From: Halomicronema hongdechloris C2206
Lineage (GTDB): Bacteria; Cyanobacteriota; Cyanobacteriia; Phormidesmidales; Phormidesmidaceae
Length of the DNA: 32,000 nucleotides
Assembly (NCBI RefSeq): GCF_002075285.3
Contig: NZ_CP021983.2
Coordinates: forward strand, 1,020,001-1,052,000
Direction of reading: 5' to 3'
Shown here: positions 1-8,350 of the stretch, piece after piece
Layout: each line of letters begins with the position of its first letter
How positions within the stretch are numbered: the stretch's first letter is position 1
Translations under genes and position numbers: made by a program
Notes under the pieces: generated by a model
What the model was told of the DNA's origin: nothing
The model's input: the letters and a program-made list of their open reading frames with translations, nothing else
The model's database searches: none

Positions 1-582
1 GTGATGGTGGGGCTAACCAAAATTGGCCTCGCCATTAAAAGCCAGAATTGGCAAGCAGCTGATGCCTTGGGGCTATCGCCCACCCAAGGGCATATTTTGG
101 CCTTGTTGCAGCATCCCCACGGCAGCGGCACTATGCGGTTGGGAGATATTGCCCAGGCTTTAGCGATCACGCCAGCCACCGCCAGTGATGCTGTCCGCGT
201 CTTAGTGGATAAGGGGCTGGTGCAAAAGAAACGGGCCGCCGATGATCGGCGAGCGATTGCCATTGGGCTTACCTCTGCTGGCCAGCAACAGGCCGCCGTT
301 ATTGCTGACTGGTCAGACTTTTTGCTCACCGCGGTCAACCAACTCTCAGCAGAGGAACAAGCCATCTTTCTGCAGGGATTAATTAAGATTATTGGGAATC
401 TGCAGCAGCAGGGAAAAATTTCTGTGGCCCGCATGTGCATTACCTGTCAACACTTTCGGCCCAATGCCCATACCGATGCCCGCCATCCCCACCATTGCAC
501 CTTTATCGATGCCCCCATTGGTGGCAATCAGCTCCAAATCGACTGCCCCGATTATCTAGCAACACCATCGACATCAACATAA
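1..582 (+). CDS. MarR-family winged-helix transcriptional regulator with an extra C-terminal Cys/His-rich extension. The N-terminus may lie outside the window.
   Basis: The 193-aa ORF starts at base 1 (GTG) and stops with TAA at 580-582. The segment LSPTQGHILALL...MRLGDIAQALAITPATASDAVRVLVDKGLVQKKR..DDRRAI is a typical MarR wHTH. After about residue 140 comes a non-MarR tail, CITCQHF...HHC...CPDY. Confidence 0.75.
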   Translation: MMVGLTKIGLAIKSQNWQAADALGLSPTQGHILALLQHPHGSGTMRLGDIAQALAITPATASDAVRVLVDKGLVQKKRAADDRRAIAIGLTSAGQQQAAVIADWSDFLLTAVNQLSAEEQAIFLQGLIKIIGNLQQQGKISVARMCITCQHFRPNAHTDARHPHHCTFIDAPIGGNQLQIDCPDYLATPSTST

Positions 583-687
583 TCGGGGATGACAATGCCT
601 CTAGTATTGTAGGGAGCCGTAACCGCGATCAAATTGCCTGGTTGCAGGGGAGCTGGAAACCGCATAGGAGAGGTTGGGCACCCTTGT

Positions 688-2811
688 CTACGGCGAGGAA
701 TACCCAGGCCAGGTCATGGGAAAGGCATCTGCCATGGCACTGGTGACGGGCCTAGAGAAGAAGTAGCCCTGCACTAAGTCACACTGCAGAGACTGCAACA
801 GTCTACATTGATCTGGGGTCTCGACTCCCTCGGCGATGACTTTTTTGTCGAGGGCACGGGCTAACAGCAGAATGGTGCGGACAATTTCTAGGCTTTTTGG
901 GTCGGTCTCGAGGTTCTGAATGAAGCTGCGGTCAATTTTTAGGGTGTCTACGGGAAAGCCGTGGAGATAACTCAGGGAGGAATAGCCGGTGCCAAAGTCA
1001 TCCAGGGCTAATTGGATGCCCAGGGACTTGAGGTGCTCTAGGACCGTTGCCGCAGATTTGGGATTATGAATAATAGCGCTTTCTGTAATTTCGAATTTTA
1101 AGCGGTGAGCAGCGATGCCGGTTTCGGCGAGAATGGTTTCCACCTGCTGCACAAAGTTGGGTTGGGCAAATTGGCGGCTGGAGAAATTGATACTGAAGAG
1201 TAGATGCGATCGCAGATCAGACTCAGCATCCCAGCTCTGTATCTGACGACAGGTTTCCCGCAGCACCCACCAATCCAGTAATACCGATAGTCCCGTTTCC
1301 TCGGCCATTGGCATAAATTCATCCGGCGTAATCAAGCCCCGTTGGGGATGTTGCCATCGCACCAAGGCTTCCATCCCCGTCATCGCCCCATCTGCCAGAG
1401 ACACGATCGGTTGATAAAACACCTGCAATTCCGACCGCTCAATGGCCTGTCGGAGTTCTCCCTCCATCCGCAAGGCCGCCTGGATCTGAGCCCCCATGGC
1501 GCTGTCAAAAATCTCATAACTACCGATGCCCCAGTGCTTAGCCCGATACATGGCAATATCGGCCGCCTGCAATATCTCCTCATCCCCGAGATGGGATTGG
1601 GAGCTAAGGACGATGCCAATACTGGCATTGGCAAAGAGTTCATGGCCAGCGACCATCAAGGGTTGGGCGAATACCTCAAGAATTCGTTCCGCCACTCGAC
1701 AGGCTTGCCGTAGATCCTGCAGATCCGCCAGCACAATGGCAAACTCATCACCCCCCATGCGGGCGACAAAATCCACATCTCGCACGCAGCTTAATAGCTG
1801 CTGAGCCACGCCCATCAAGAGCTGATCCCCGGCGGCATGGCCAAGGCTGTCATTGACTGCCTTGAAGCGATCCAAATCCAAAAACAGCAGGCCAAACTGA
1901 TAGCTGGGGTCCCGCCGGGCCCGCTTAATCTCCTCGTCCAGGCGCGTCAGCAACCAGGCCCGGTTCGGCAGATTTGTGAGGGCATCGTGCAGGGCCTGAT
2001 GCCGCAGTAACTCCGTTGCCTGGCGCCTTTCCGTCACATCTTGAAAGACCATGACTGCCCCGGTGATATTGCCGCGGGCGCTGCGAATAGGCGAGGCACT
2101 ATCGCCCACCGGAATTTTATGACCGCTGGTACTCAATAGCAGCGCATTATTAGGCAGGTAAACGGTGCGTTCATCGGCTAAGGCCTGGGTAATCGGATGG
2201 GGAATGCTGGCTTCGGTGTCTTGGCTGATAAAGGGCAGTATCAGCTCAACCGGCCTACCACAGGCGACCTCAATGTCCCATCCCGTCAGCCCTTGGGCTA
2301 CCTGGTTCATAAAGGTGACACGTCCCTGCTGATCCGTCGCTACTACCCCATCCCCCATGCTGCCTAGGATGGTAGCCAGCCATTCCTGTTTCTGTTGCAG
2401 TTGCTGCTCTATCTGATGCTTATACAGCGCAATTTCGATGGTGGTGCGTAATTCCCGTTCTTCAAAGGGCTTCAGGATATAGCCAAAGGGACCTGTGAGC
2501 TTGGCTCGGGCCAGGGTGTGTTCATCGGCATGGGCGGTGAGATAGATGATCGGAATCTCAAATTGAGCCGAGATTTCGTGGGCCGCCATGATCCCATCCA
2601 TCTCGCCAATCAGATGAATATCCATCAAAATCAAATCCGGCTGGAGTTCAGCTGCCTTCAGAATTGCCTGCTCACCGGCGTCAACAATCTCAGGAACAAC
2701 GTAGCCCAGGTCTTCCAGGATAGCTTGGATATCCCGGGCTATCAGTCTCTCGTCTTCCACCACCAGAATGGTTGCCATGGAGCGGGTAGGGTCACCAGTC
2801 ATCAAAATCAT
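688..2811 (-). CDS. Response-regulator receiver - PAS - GGDEF - EAL protein (c-di-GMP synthase/phosphodiesterase)
   Basis: 707-aa ORF. The REC domain shows ILVVEDE...DLILMDIHL. A PAS region follows. The GGDEF domain is intact (ARMGGDEF) with an RxxD I-site (RDVD) 5 residues upstream. The EAL domain shows EALVRW, DDFGTGYSSLSYL, KIDRSF and EGVET. The start is ambiguous: ATG at 2811, or ATG at 2778 giving MATILVVEDE. Confidence 0.92.
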   Translation of the reverse strand: MILMTGDPTRSMATILVVEDERLIARDIQAILEDLGYVVPEIVDAGEQAILKAAELQPDLILMDIHLIGEMDGIMAAHEISAQFEIPIIYLTAHADEHTLARAKLTGPFGYILKPFEERELRTTIEIALYKHQIEQQLQQKQEWLATILGSMGDGVVATDQQGRVTFMNQVAQGLTGWDIEVACGRPVELILPFISQDTEASIPHPITQALADERTVYLPNNALLLSTSGHKIPVGDSASPIRSARGNITGAVMVFQDVTERRQATELLRHQALHDALTNLPNRAWLLTRLDEEIKRARRDPSYQFGLLFLDLDRFKAVNDSLGHAAGDQLLMGVAQQLLSCVRDVDFVARMGGDEFAIVLADLQDLRQACRVAERILEVFAQPLMVAGHELFANASIGIVLSSQSHLGDEEILQAADIAMYRAKHWGIGSYEIFDSAMGAQIQAALRMEGELRQAIERSELQVFYQPIVSLADGAMTGMEALVRWQHPQRGLITPDEFMPMAEETGLSVLLDWWVLRETCRQIQSWDAESDLRSHLLFSINFSSRQFAQPNFVQQVETILAETGIAAHRLKFEITESAIIHNPKSAATVLEHLKSLGIQLALDDFGTGYSSLSYLHGFPVDTLKIDRSFIQNLETDPKSLEIVRTILLLARALDKKVIAEGVETPDQCRLLQSLQCDLVQGYFFSRPVTSAMADAFPMTWPGYSSP

Positions 2812-2959
2812 GGCAGTGTACCGAGCCTATTCTGTCAAAAGAGTTACGCGGGGATCACACTCTAGCGGGGAACTCGGAAAGACAGACGATTGCCAGGGAG
2901 ATTGAGGCAGGCTAACTGGCCAGTTGCCTCCGGCGTCGAGGATGGTCCTGCCAACCCGA

Positions 2960-5578
2960 TCACGCCACCTGAATGCGCCGTAGGGTCAGGGTGAACTGGG
3001 TGCCCTGGCTACGGTCAATCGCTAAGGTGCCCCGTAACTGGCCCGTTAAATCCTGAATCAGGTTCATGCCCAGGGATCGCGTTTTTTTCAGATCAAAGCC
3101 GTCAGGGAGCCCCTTGCCGTTATCCCCAATCATCAGAACCAAGTGGCCTTGCTCGCTGGCCTTAGCTTGAATCCATATGGTACCGGTTTGGCCAGGATCG
3201 AAGGCATATTTCAAGGCATTGGAGACAATTTCGTTGATAATCAGCCCACAGGGAACGGCGGCATCGACATCCAGGAAAATAGTCTTATCCACCTCAATCC
3301 TTAGGATAACGCGCTGATGATTGACTGTATAACTCCGGAATAAGTAGCCAGTGAGATCTTGAATGTACCCCGCCAAATCAATGCGAGAAAGATTGTCAGA
3401 CTGATATAACTTTTCATGGATCAGGGCCATGGCCCGCAAACGGTTTTGCCCTTCACCCAGATGTTTCCGCAGTTCCGGGTTATTTAAAGAACGGGCCTGT
3501 AATCGAAACAAGCTAGAAATCACCTGCAGATTATTTTTAACCCGGTGATGAATTTCTTTAAGCAACACCATTTTTTCCTGTAGGGAGGCCTGAAGTTGCG
3601 CCTCAGCCCATTTGCGATCGCTAATGTCACTAATTTGGGCAATGAAATACAGGGGGCTATCCATAACGTCTCGCACTAAAGAGACACTCAGCAGAATCCA
3701 AACGACATGCCCCTGCTTGTGGAAATAGCGTTTTTCCATCTGATAACTACGAATCTCGCCCTCCAGGACTTGCCGCACATAGGCTAGATCCGCATCGAGA
3801 TCATCGGGGTGGGTAATCTCCTGGAAGGTCAGCTGGCACAGTTCATCTTCCGAGTAGCCCACCACCTCACAAAAGGACCGATTGATACTGAGGAATTTCC
3901 CGTCTGGGGATACCGTTGCCACCCCTACCGCGGCATCGCGGAAGGCCACCCGGAAGCGCTCTTCGCTCTGACGCAGCTGTTCCTCTGTCTGTTTGCGATT
4001 GCTAATGTCGATCAAATAGCCCAGCATCTCCATTGGGTTCCCGGCTTCATCGCGGATCAACCGTAACTGGGCTAGGCACCAACAATAGGTGCCATCATCC
4101 CTACGCAGCCGGTATTCATGAAAGTAAAAGTCATCCCTAAATAAATTGGCCAGCCCGGCCAGAACCTGCTCAGCCTCGTCGGGATGCAGGTGATCGACCC
4201 AAAATTGCGAGTCCGCCAGAAACGCCTGGGCATCCCAGCCCAATAGTGCTTCCACATTCTCACTGATGAAGGTGGCCCCATAGTCGCCGTAGGGCTTGCA
4301 GCTAAAAATAACGACCGGACTATGCGAAACCAGATACTGCAATCGGGCTTCCTCTCGACGCAAGGCGTCTTCCGCCTGCTTCAGGGCCGTAATATCGTGG
4401 AGGCTGATGACGGCTCCAGACACGTTGCCATCGGCCTCACGATAGGGAGAATAGGTGATATTGACGAATTTTTGCCCAATCCCTGCAAAGGTAAGCCAGG
4501 TTTTCTGCTGCACCATTTCACCAGCCATGCAGCGATCGAGCCGAGGCTGCAATAGGGATTCAAACTGCGCCTCTGCCATCACCTGGGGTAGCCTCTGTCC
4601 AATCACATCCTGCCGCGGTCGATCATGCCAACGCAGATAGGTGGCATTGACGATCTGATATCGGTAGGTGTCATCCAATAGGATGATGGCATTGGTGGTG
4701 GCCTCCACGATGCGTTCGTAGCGTTGGAGCTGCTCTTCGTAGTGTCTACGACTGGTGATATCAATTGCATTACCCAGAATTTCTTTAACCTGGCCCGTCT
4801 TGGTCCTGGAAAATACCTTGTCACGGCTATAGAGCCAGCGGTACTCTCCATCGCAGTGGCGAACCCGATATTCGATCTCGAGTAGATCCCCATCACCTGC
4901 TCCAGCTAAACGCTCGAAGTACTGCTGCAGCGGCTCCCTATCGTCAGGATGCACCAACTGAAATAAGAAGCCACTGCCCATGTCTTGCAGTTCTGTGTGG
5001 CTATAGCCCAACAGCTCTGGCAGTTTGGAATTGCTGTAGCGATTTAGATGCTCCTGCACATCATAGATATAAATCAAATCGGGCGTAGTTTCAGCGATTT
5101 GGTTGACTAGCCGCTCTTTTCCCTGCCGATCGATGATTTCTGCCTGCAGGGCAGCATTAATCTGTTGCAGGGCATCATTAGCCGCCCTCAATTGCTCTGG
5201 ACTCGAGAATTGCAGCACCTGAGGCACTAACGGCACCATCTCCATGGCGGTAAATAGGGATACCACAGCGGTTACTGCCTTAATTCCTCCAGACTGCCAA
5301 TAATCAGGGTGCCAGAGGGTCCAAATCGCCATTAAATGCGTGGTACCGCCAGAAAGAATAAATAATCCGAACAGGGTAAATATCCAGGAAAAGGGGAGAT
5401 CTGGCCGCTTGCGGATGAAGTAGAACAAGATCACCGGGATGGAAAAATAGGCCAGAGCGATCCCAGCGTCGGACAGTACGTGCAAATAGACCAGATCGGT
5501 TTGCCAGAGAAAGCAGTGTCCGTGAGGAATATATCCCAGACTCGGCAGATTACTCCACGGTGACGGGCTGATGGGCAT
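2960..5578 (-). CDS. Membrane sensor histidine kinase with an ethylene-binding-domain-like N-terminus, four PAS domains, a HisKA_2 dimerisation/phosphoacceptor domain and HATPase_c
   Basis: 872-aa ORF. The N-terminal 3-TM region resembles the ETR1/SynEtr1 ethylene-binding domain ([23 protein letters not shown]..., [22 protein letters not shown]). Four PAS-like blocks follow. [20 protein letters not shown] is the HisKA_2 signature. [12 protein letters not shown]...GDNGKGLP...GMNLI is the ATPase domain. Confidence 0.92.
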   Translation of the reverse strand: [872 protein letters not shown]

Positions 5579-5808
5579 GGTGCTCCTGTCTCCTCAGGGT
5601 AGAGAGTGTAGCAAGATCTCGAAAAGTTTAGTATGGCTCAAGACCCCAACCATGGCAGTCAGATCTGCTAAGGGCTGCCATGGGGCACCTCAAGGGGCGC
5701 TGGTTAACCTCCAGGGATCTCAGGGGCGGTTATGCTCTCCTATGTTGTTTGTGATCAGCCGCTATCCTGTCTTAAGGTAAGGTGAAGCCGTTACCAGGAG
5801 TGGTGGGT

Positions 5809-6300
5809 ATGGCCTCAGGCTATTCGTTTGACATTGTTAGTGAATTCGATCGCCAGGAACTGGTAAACGCCCTCGATCAGACTCGGCGGGAGGTGGCGAC
5901 TCGCTATGACCTCAAGGATTCTAAAACCGCTTTAGACCTGGGGGATGACACTATCACCATCGAAACTGCCAATGAGATGGCATTGCAGGCTGTCCAGACC
6001 ATCCTGCAGACTAAGGCGGCGAAGCGAAATCTGCCCTTAAAGATTTTCGATTTCGGTACGGTCGAGTCGGCCAGTGGTAATCGGGTGCGGCAGCAGGTGT
6101 CCCTGAAGCAGGGGATTGATAAGGATAATGCCAAGCGTATTTCTAAACTGCTGAAGGATAACCTGAAGAAGGTGCAGGCCTCTATTCAAGGCGATACCGT
6201 ACGGGTCTCCAGTAAGTCGAAGGATGACCTGCAAGATGCGATCGCATTGGTGAAGCAAACCGACTGGCCCATCGCCCTACAGTTCACCAACTATCGCTAG
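5809..6300 (+). CDS. yajQ: YajQ-family (UPF0234) nucleotide-binding protein
   Basis: [38 protein letters not shown]...[15 protein letters not shown] is the YajQ signature. I prefer ATG at 5809, preceded by AGGAG at 5796-5800. The ORF track's GTG at 5782 adds 9 non-conserved residues. Confidence 0.9.
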   Translation: MASGYSFDIVSEFDRQELVNALDQTRREVATRYDLKDSKTALDLGDDTITIETANEMALQAVQTILQTKAAKRNLPLKIFDFGTVESASGNRVRQQVSLKQGIDKDNAKRISKLLKDNLKKVQASIQGDTVRVSSKSKDDLQDAIALVKQTDWPIALQFTNYR

Positions 6301-6304
6301 GGGC

Positions 6305-7474
6305 TCAATTCACCACCAAGCGAGCCAGACTGGTATTGGGGTAGTAATTGCCCAGAATCTGCAGATAGGTGTACCCCTGGGCGGCCAGTTCCATCGCCCC
6401 CGTCTGACTCATGCCCTGGCCTCGATGGGCCCGAGCCACGATTTGGTCAGAGGCCGCATAAAGCGATCGCACGATCCCCCCCTGGTAGCTAATGAATTCT
6501 CCAGAAGTCGTGGTCACGGCATGGTGGGTCGTATTCGTTTCCCGGGCAATACCCTTATAAGCTTGAAACCGCTGGGTATTGTCCAGATCGTAATCCCGAC
6601 TGGCCGGTCGCACATGGTGAGTCAACGCATAGGACCGGGCCGCCACTGCCTGGGCCCTCAGCGCTTCCAGAGGCCAATCGGGGTACATTTCACTGCCAAC
6701 TACACTGACCAAGTAGTCCTGCAGCTGCACAAAATTAACTGCCAGCAGCTTACCCCCCCGATTGAGCAGTAGTAATCGCCCCCGATACCAGCTATCGCCA
6801 ATATAAACATAGCCCTGATTGCCAGGCTCCAGCCAAACCGCCGTCGATAGCTGACAGCCGCCGAAATCAATCCCCTGGCCATTGGGCCGAGCCACATAAC
6901 TCGTCTGGGCCGGCACCTCACAGTGGTGCTGCCCCGATACATCCACCAGGGCGCTGGTCGTCGAGGCCCCAACCGTTAACGCCGTGACATCGCGCGCAAT
7001 TGCCACTCGCATCTCTAGAGACATGTCCACCGTCTCCCCAGTGGCCTGGGTCGGCCGAGGCACCGGAGCCGGGGAGGCTGAACCCTCAGACGGTGATGAC
7101 GATGACGGTGGCGCCGATGCGGAAGACGCTGTCGTGGCCGCAGCCGCCTGACTAGCTGCCGTCTCATCGGCCTGGAGCTGCCGTTGCACTCGATACAAGG
7201 TAGTCACAGACTGGCGAATGTCTCCCGTCATCTGCCATAGAGGGCTGACAAAGAGCTCTGACTGACCGGATGAAAATCGCTCCGGTAGGGGGCCCAGTTG
7301 CACTGCCAATACGCCGGTGAAGAGCAGACCACTAGCAAAGGTTAGAGGCAGAGGACGCAAACTGGCCCGCGACCACCATCCCAACTCTGGTGCCGCCACC
7401 GACCTAGCTCCCGGCAGCCGTGGCAATGATGGCCGGGGGCGTGGTAATCGTAGTGTCCAGCGAGGAGCCTTCAT
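6305..7474 (-). CDS. SpoIID/LytB-domain protein (peptidoglycan remodelling) with an N-terminal TM/signal segment and a Ser/Ala/Pro-rich linker
   Basis: 389-aa ORF. The C-terminal half shows YLVSVVGSEMYPDWPLEALRAQAVAARSYAL...RFQAYKG...SGEFISYQGG...LYAASD...GMSQTGAMELAAQGYTYLQILGNYYP, typical of SpoIID. Confidence 0.85.
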   Translation of the reverse strand: MKAPRWTLRLPRPRPSLPRLPGARSVAAPELGWWSRASLRPLPLTFASGLLFTGVLAVQLGPLPERFSSGQSELFVSPLWQMTGDIRQSVTTLYRVQRQLQADETAASQAAAATTASSASAPPSSSSPSEGSASPAPVPRPTQATGETVDMSLEMRVAIARDVTALTVGASTTSALVDVSGQHHCEVPAQTSYVARPNGQGIDFGGCQLSTAVWLEPGNQGYVYIGDSWYRGRLLLLNRGGKLLAVNFVQLQDYLVSVVGSEMYPDWPLEALRAQAVAARSYALTHHVRPASRDYDLDNTQRFQAYKGIARETNTTHHAVTTTSGEFISYQGGIVRSLYAASDQIVARAHRGQGMSQTGAMELAAQGYTYLQILGNYYPNTSLARLVVN

Positions 7475-7734
7475 GGCAAGGAATGATCAAACTGTGCAGA
7501 CATGGGCCAGCTGGCCTCAGACAGCATGGATGGGGGAACTAACCGAACTATCGTGGTCATAACCACCTAACCCTTGAGGGGCATTGCCATGGTACTCATG
7601 ACAGAGTCTCACCCAATTTAAGCGCAAGCTCGCCCCCATTGGCACCAATTCAGCATGAAGTTGGCAATGAAGACAGTATGAAGACACTACGTAAAGACGT
7701 AGGAACCTAGGCTGGGTTCCCACCGTCTCTATTC

Positions 7735-7776
7735 ATGCATAACCAGTTATGCATAAGAACCAGTCATACATAAGAG
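7735..7776. repeat. Three imperfect direct repeats, ATGCATAA(G)(A)ACCAGT-like, upstream of the 7811 ORF. Possible operator array.
   Basis: The sequence reads atgcataaccagtt / atgcataagaaccagtc / atacataagag, 35-75 nt upstream of the ATG at 7811. Confidence 0.6.
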
Positions 7777-7810
7777 TGCATCTTGATGTGGATTCATAGG
7801 GAGACTCCCA

Positions 7811-8128
7811 ATGAAGTACCCCATAGCCCTCAGTATTCTCGTCGTGCTACTCCTAGGGCTGGGCCATAGATCCAGTCGCGCCCAATCCACCCCAGAAATA
7901 GATTCCAAACCAGTTACAGCGGCGTGCGTCAGCGATCAGGTCGAGACTTTGCCGGTTCCATTCCCTGACTTACCGACCGACCATTGGGCCTTCGAGGCAG
8001 TCATGAACCTCTACTACGGTTGCTTCGCTGAGACCAGTCAGGCTAACTCTCCTGAGGCAGCTCCGTCAGACCCCGCCGTCGAAACCGCTCCTCCATCTAC
8101 TGAGCCCCCCGACGAGTTGCAGCCCTAA
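7811..8128 (+). CDS. Small secreted protein with one SLH-like motif and a Pro/Ala/Ser-rich tail
   Basis: 105-aa ORF. It has a signal-peptide-like N-terminus (MKYPIALSILVVLLLGLG...AQS). FPDLPTDHWAFEAVMNLYY resembles an S-layer-homology motif. GGGAGA lies upstream of the ATG. I recognise no further homology. Confidence 0.5.
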   Translation: MKYPIALSILVVLLLGLGHRSSRAQSTPEIDSKPVTAACVSDQVETLPVPFPDLPTDHWAFEAVMNLYYGCFAETSQANSPEAAPSDPAVETAPPSTEPPDELQP

Positions 8129-8163
8129 TCAAAAATTAAAGGTGGCAAACGCCCATTAAGAAA

Positions 8164-8186
8164 TCCCCAATCCTCGAGATTGGGGA
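8164..8186. terminator. 9-bp stem hairpin, candidate (possibly bidirectional) terminator
   Basis: tccccaatc-ctcga-gattgggga lies 36 nt after the stop of the 7811..8128 ORF. A T-rich tract (atttctt) follows only on the minus-strand reading. Confidence 0.4.
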
Positions 8187-8217
8187 CTATGGTACTGCAA
8201 GCAATATTGCTATGGTC

Positions 8218-8350
8218 AGCCGACAATTTGGGTAAGCCTTAAATGCGCCAGGCCCTCAGGCTGCTCTGGTGGATGGTTTCGCATCCCCTCGGACACTGCT
8301 AAGCAGGGGAAACGGTAAAAACCCTGCATCACGACTTACCCAAATCGGCT
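8218..8350. repeat. 133-bp element bounded by a 16-bp interrupted inverted repeat. It is either a MITE-like element or a structured non-coding RNA.
   Basis: The left arm agccga(caa)tttgggtaag (8218-8236) pairs with the right arm cttacccaaatcggct (8335-8350). The interior contains several local hairpins (ggatg-gtttcg-catcc; cccc...tgc-taa-gca-gggg). It sits between two convergent genes, and no ORF over 40 aa lies inside. Confidence 0.5.

Noticed and set aside
435-746. 103-aa + strand ORF overlapping the MarR 3' end and the EAL gene 3' end
   Set aside because: It is a shadow ORF. Both overlapped genes have strong family signatures, and this translation is low-complexity (Pro/Ser/Trp/Arg-rich). 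The same reasoning applies to the many nested or antisense ORFs inside the GGDEF-EAL, kinase, SpoIID, cyclase, chlD, ftsZ, comM, ABC, glycosyltransferase and pilQ genes.
2908-2929. Imperfect palindrome aggc(t)aactgg|ccagttgcct, 30-50 nt downstream of the kinase stop, considered as a terminator
   Set aside because: No U-tract follows on the transcribed strand, and the central palindrome leaves no loop. It could equally be a protein-binding site, so the evidence is insufficient to call it.
5571-5780. 69-aa ORF in the kinase/yajQ divergent spacer
   Set aside because: No ribosome-binding site and atypical composition. It overlaps the kinase start and is most likely promoter region.
7317-7723. 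Two small ORFs (81 aa + strand, 68 aa - strand) around the SpoIID-domain gene start
   Set aside because: One is antisense to the SpoIID N-terminus, and the other lies in the spacer with no RBS. Neither has recognisable features.
8218-8350. Possible cobalamin (or other) riboswitch, because of AGGGGAAACGGTAAAAACCC, which resembles the GGGAA...GGTG.AA..CC core
   Set aside because: I found no B12 box (GCCACTG-like). No downstream gene lies on either strand that it could control, since it sits between the 3' ends of convergent genes. I could not fit the glutamine, TPP, guanidine, fluoride or ZTP consensus either. It is kept only as an unclassified element.
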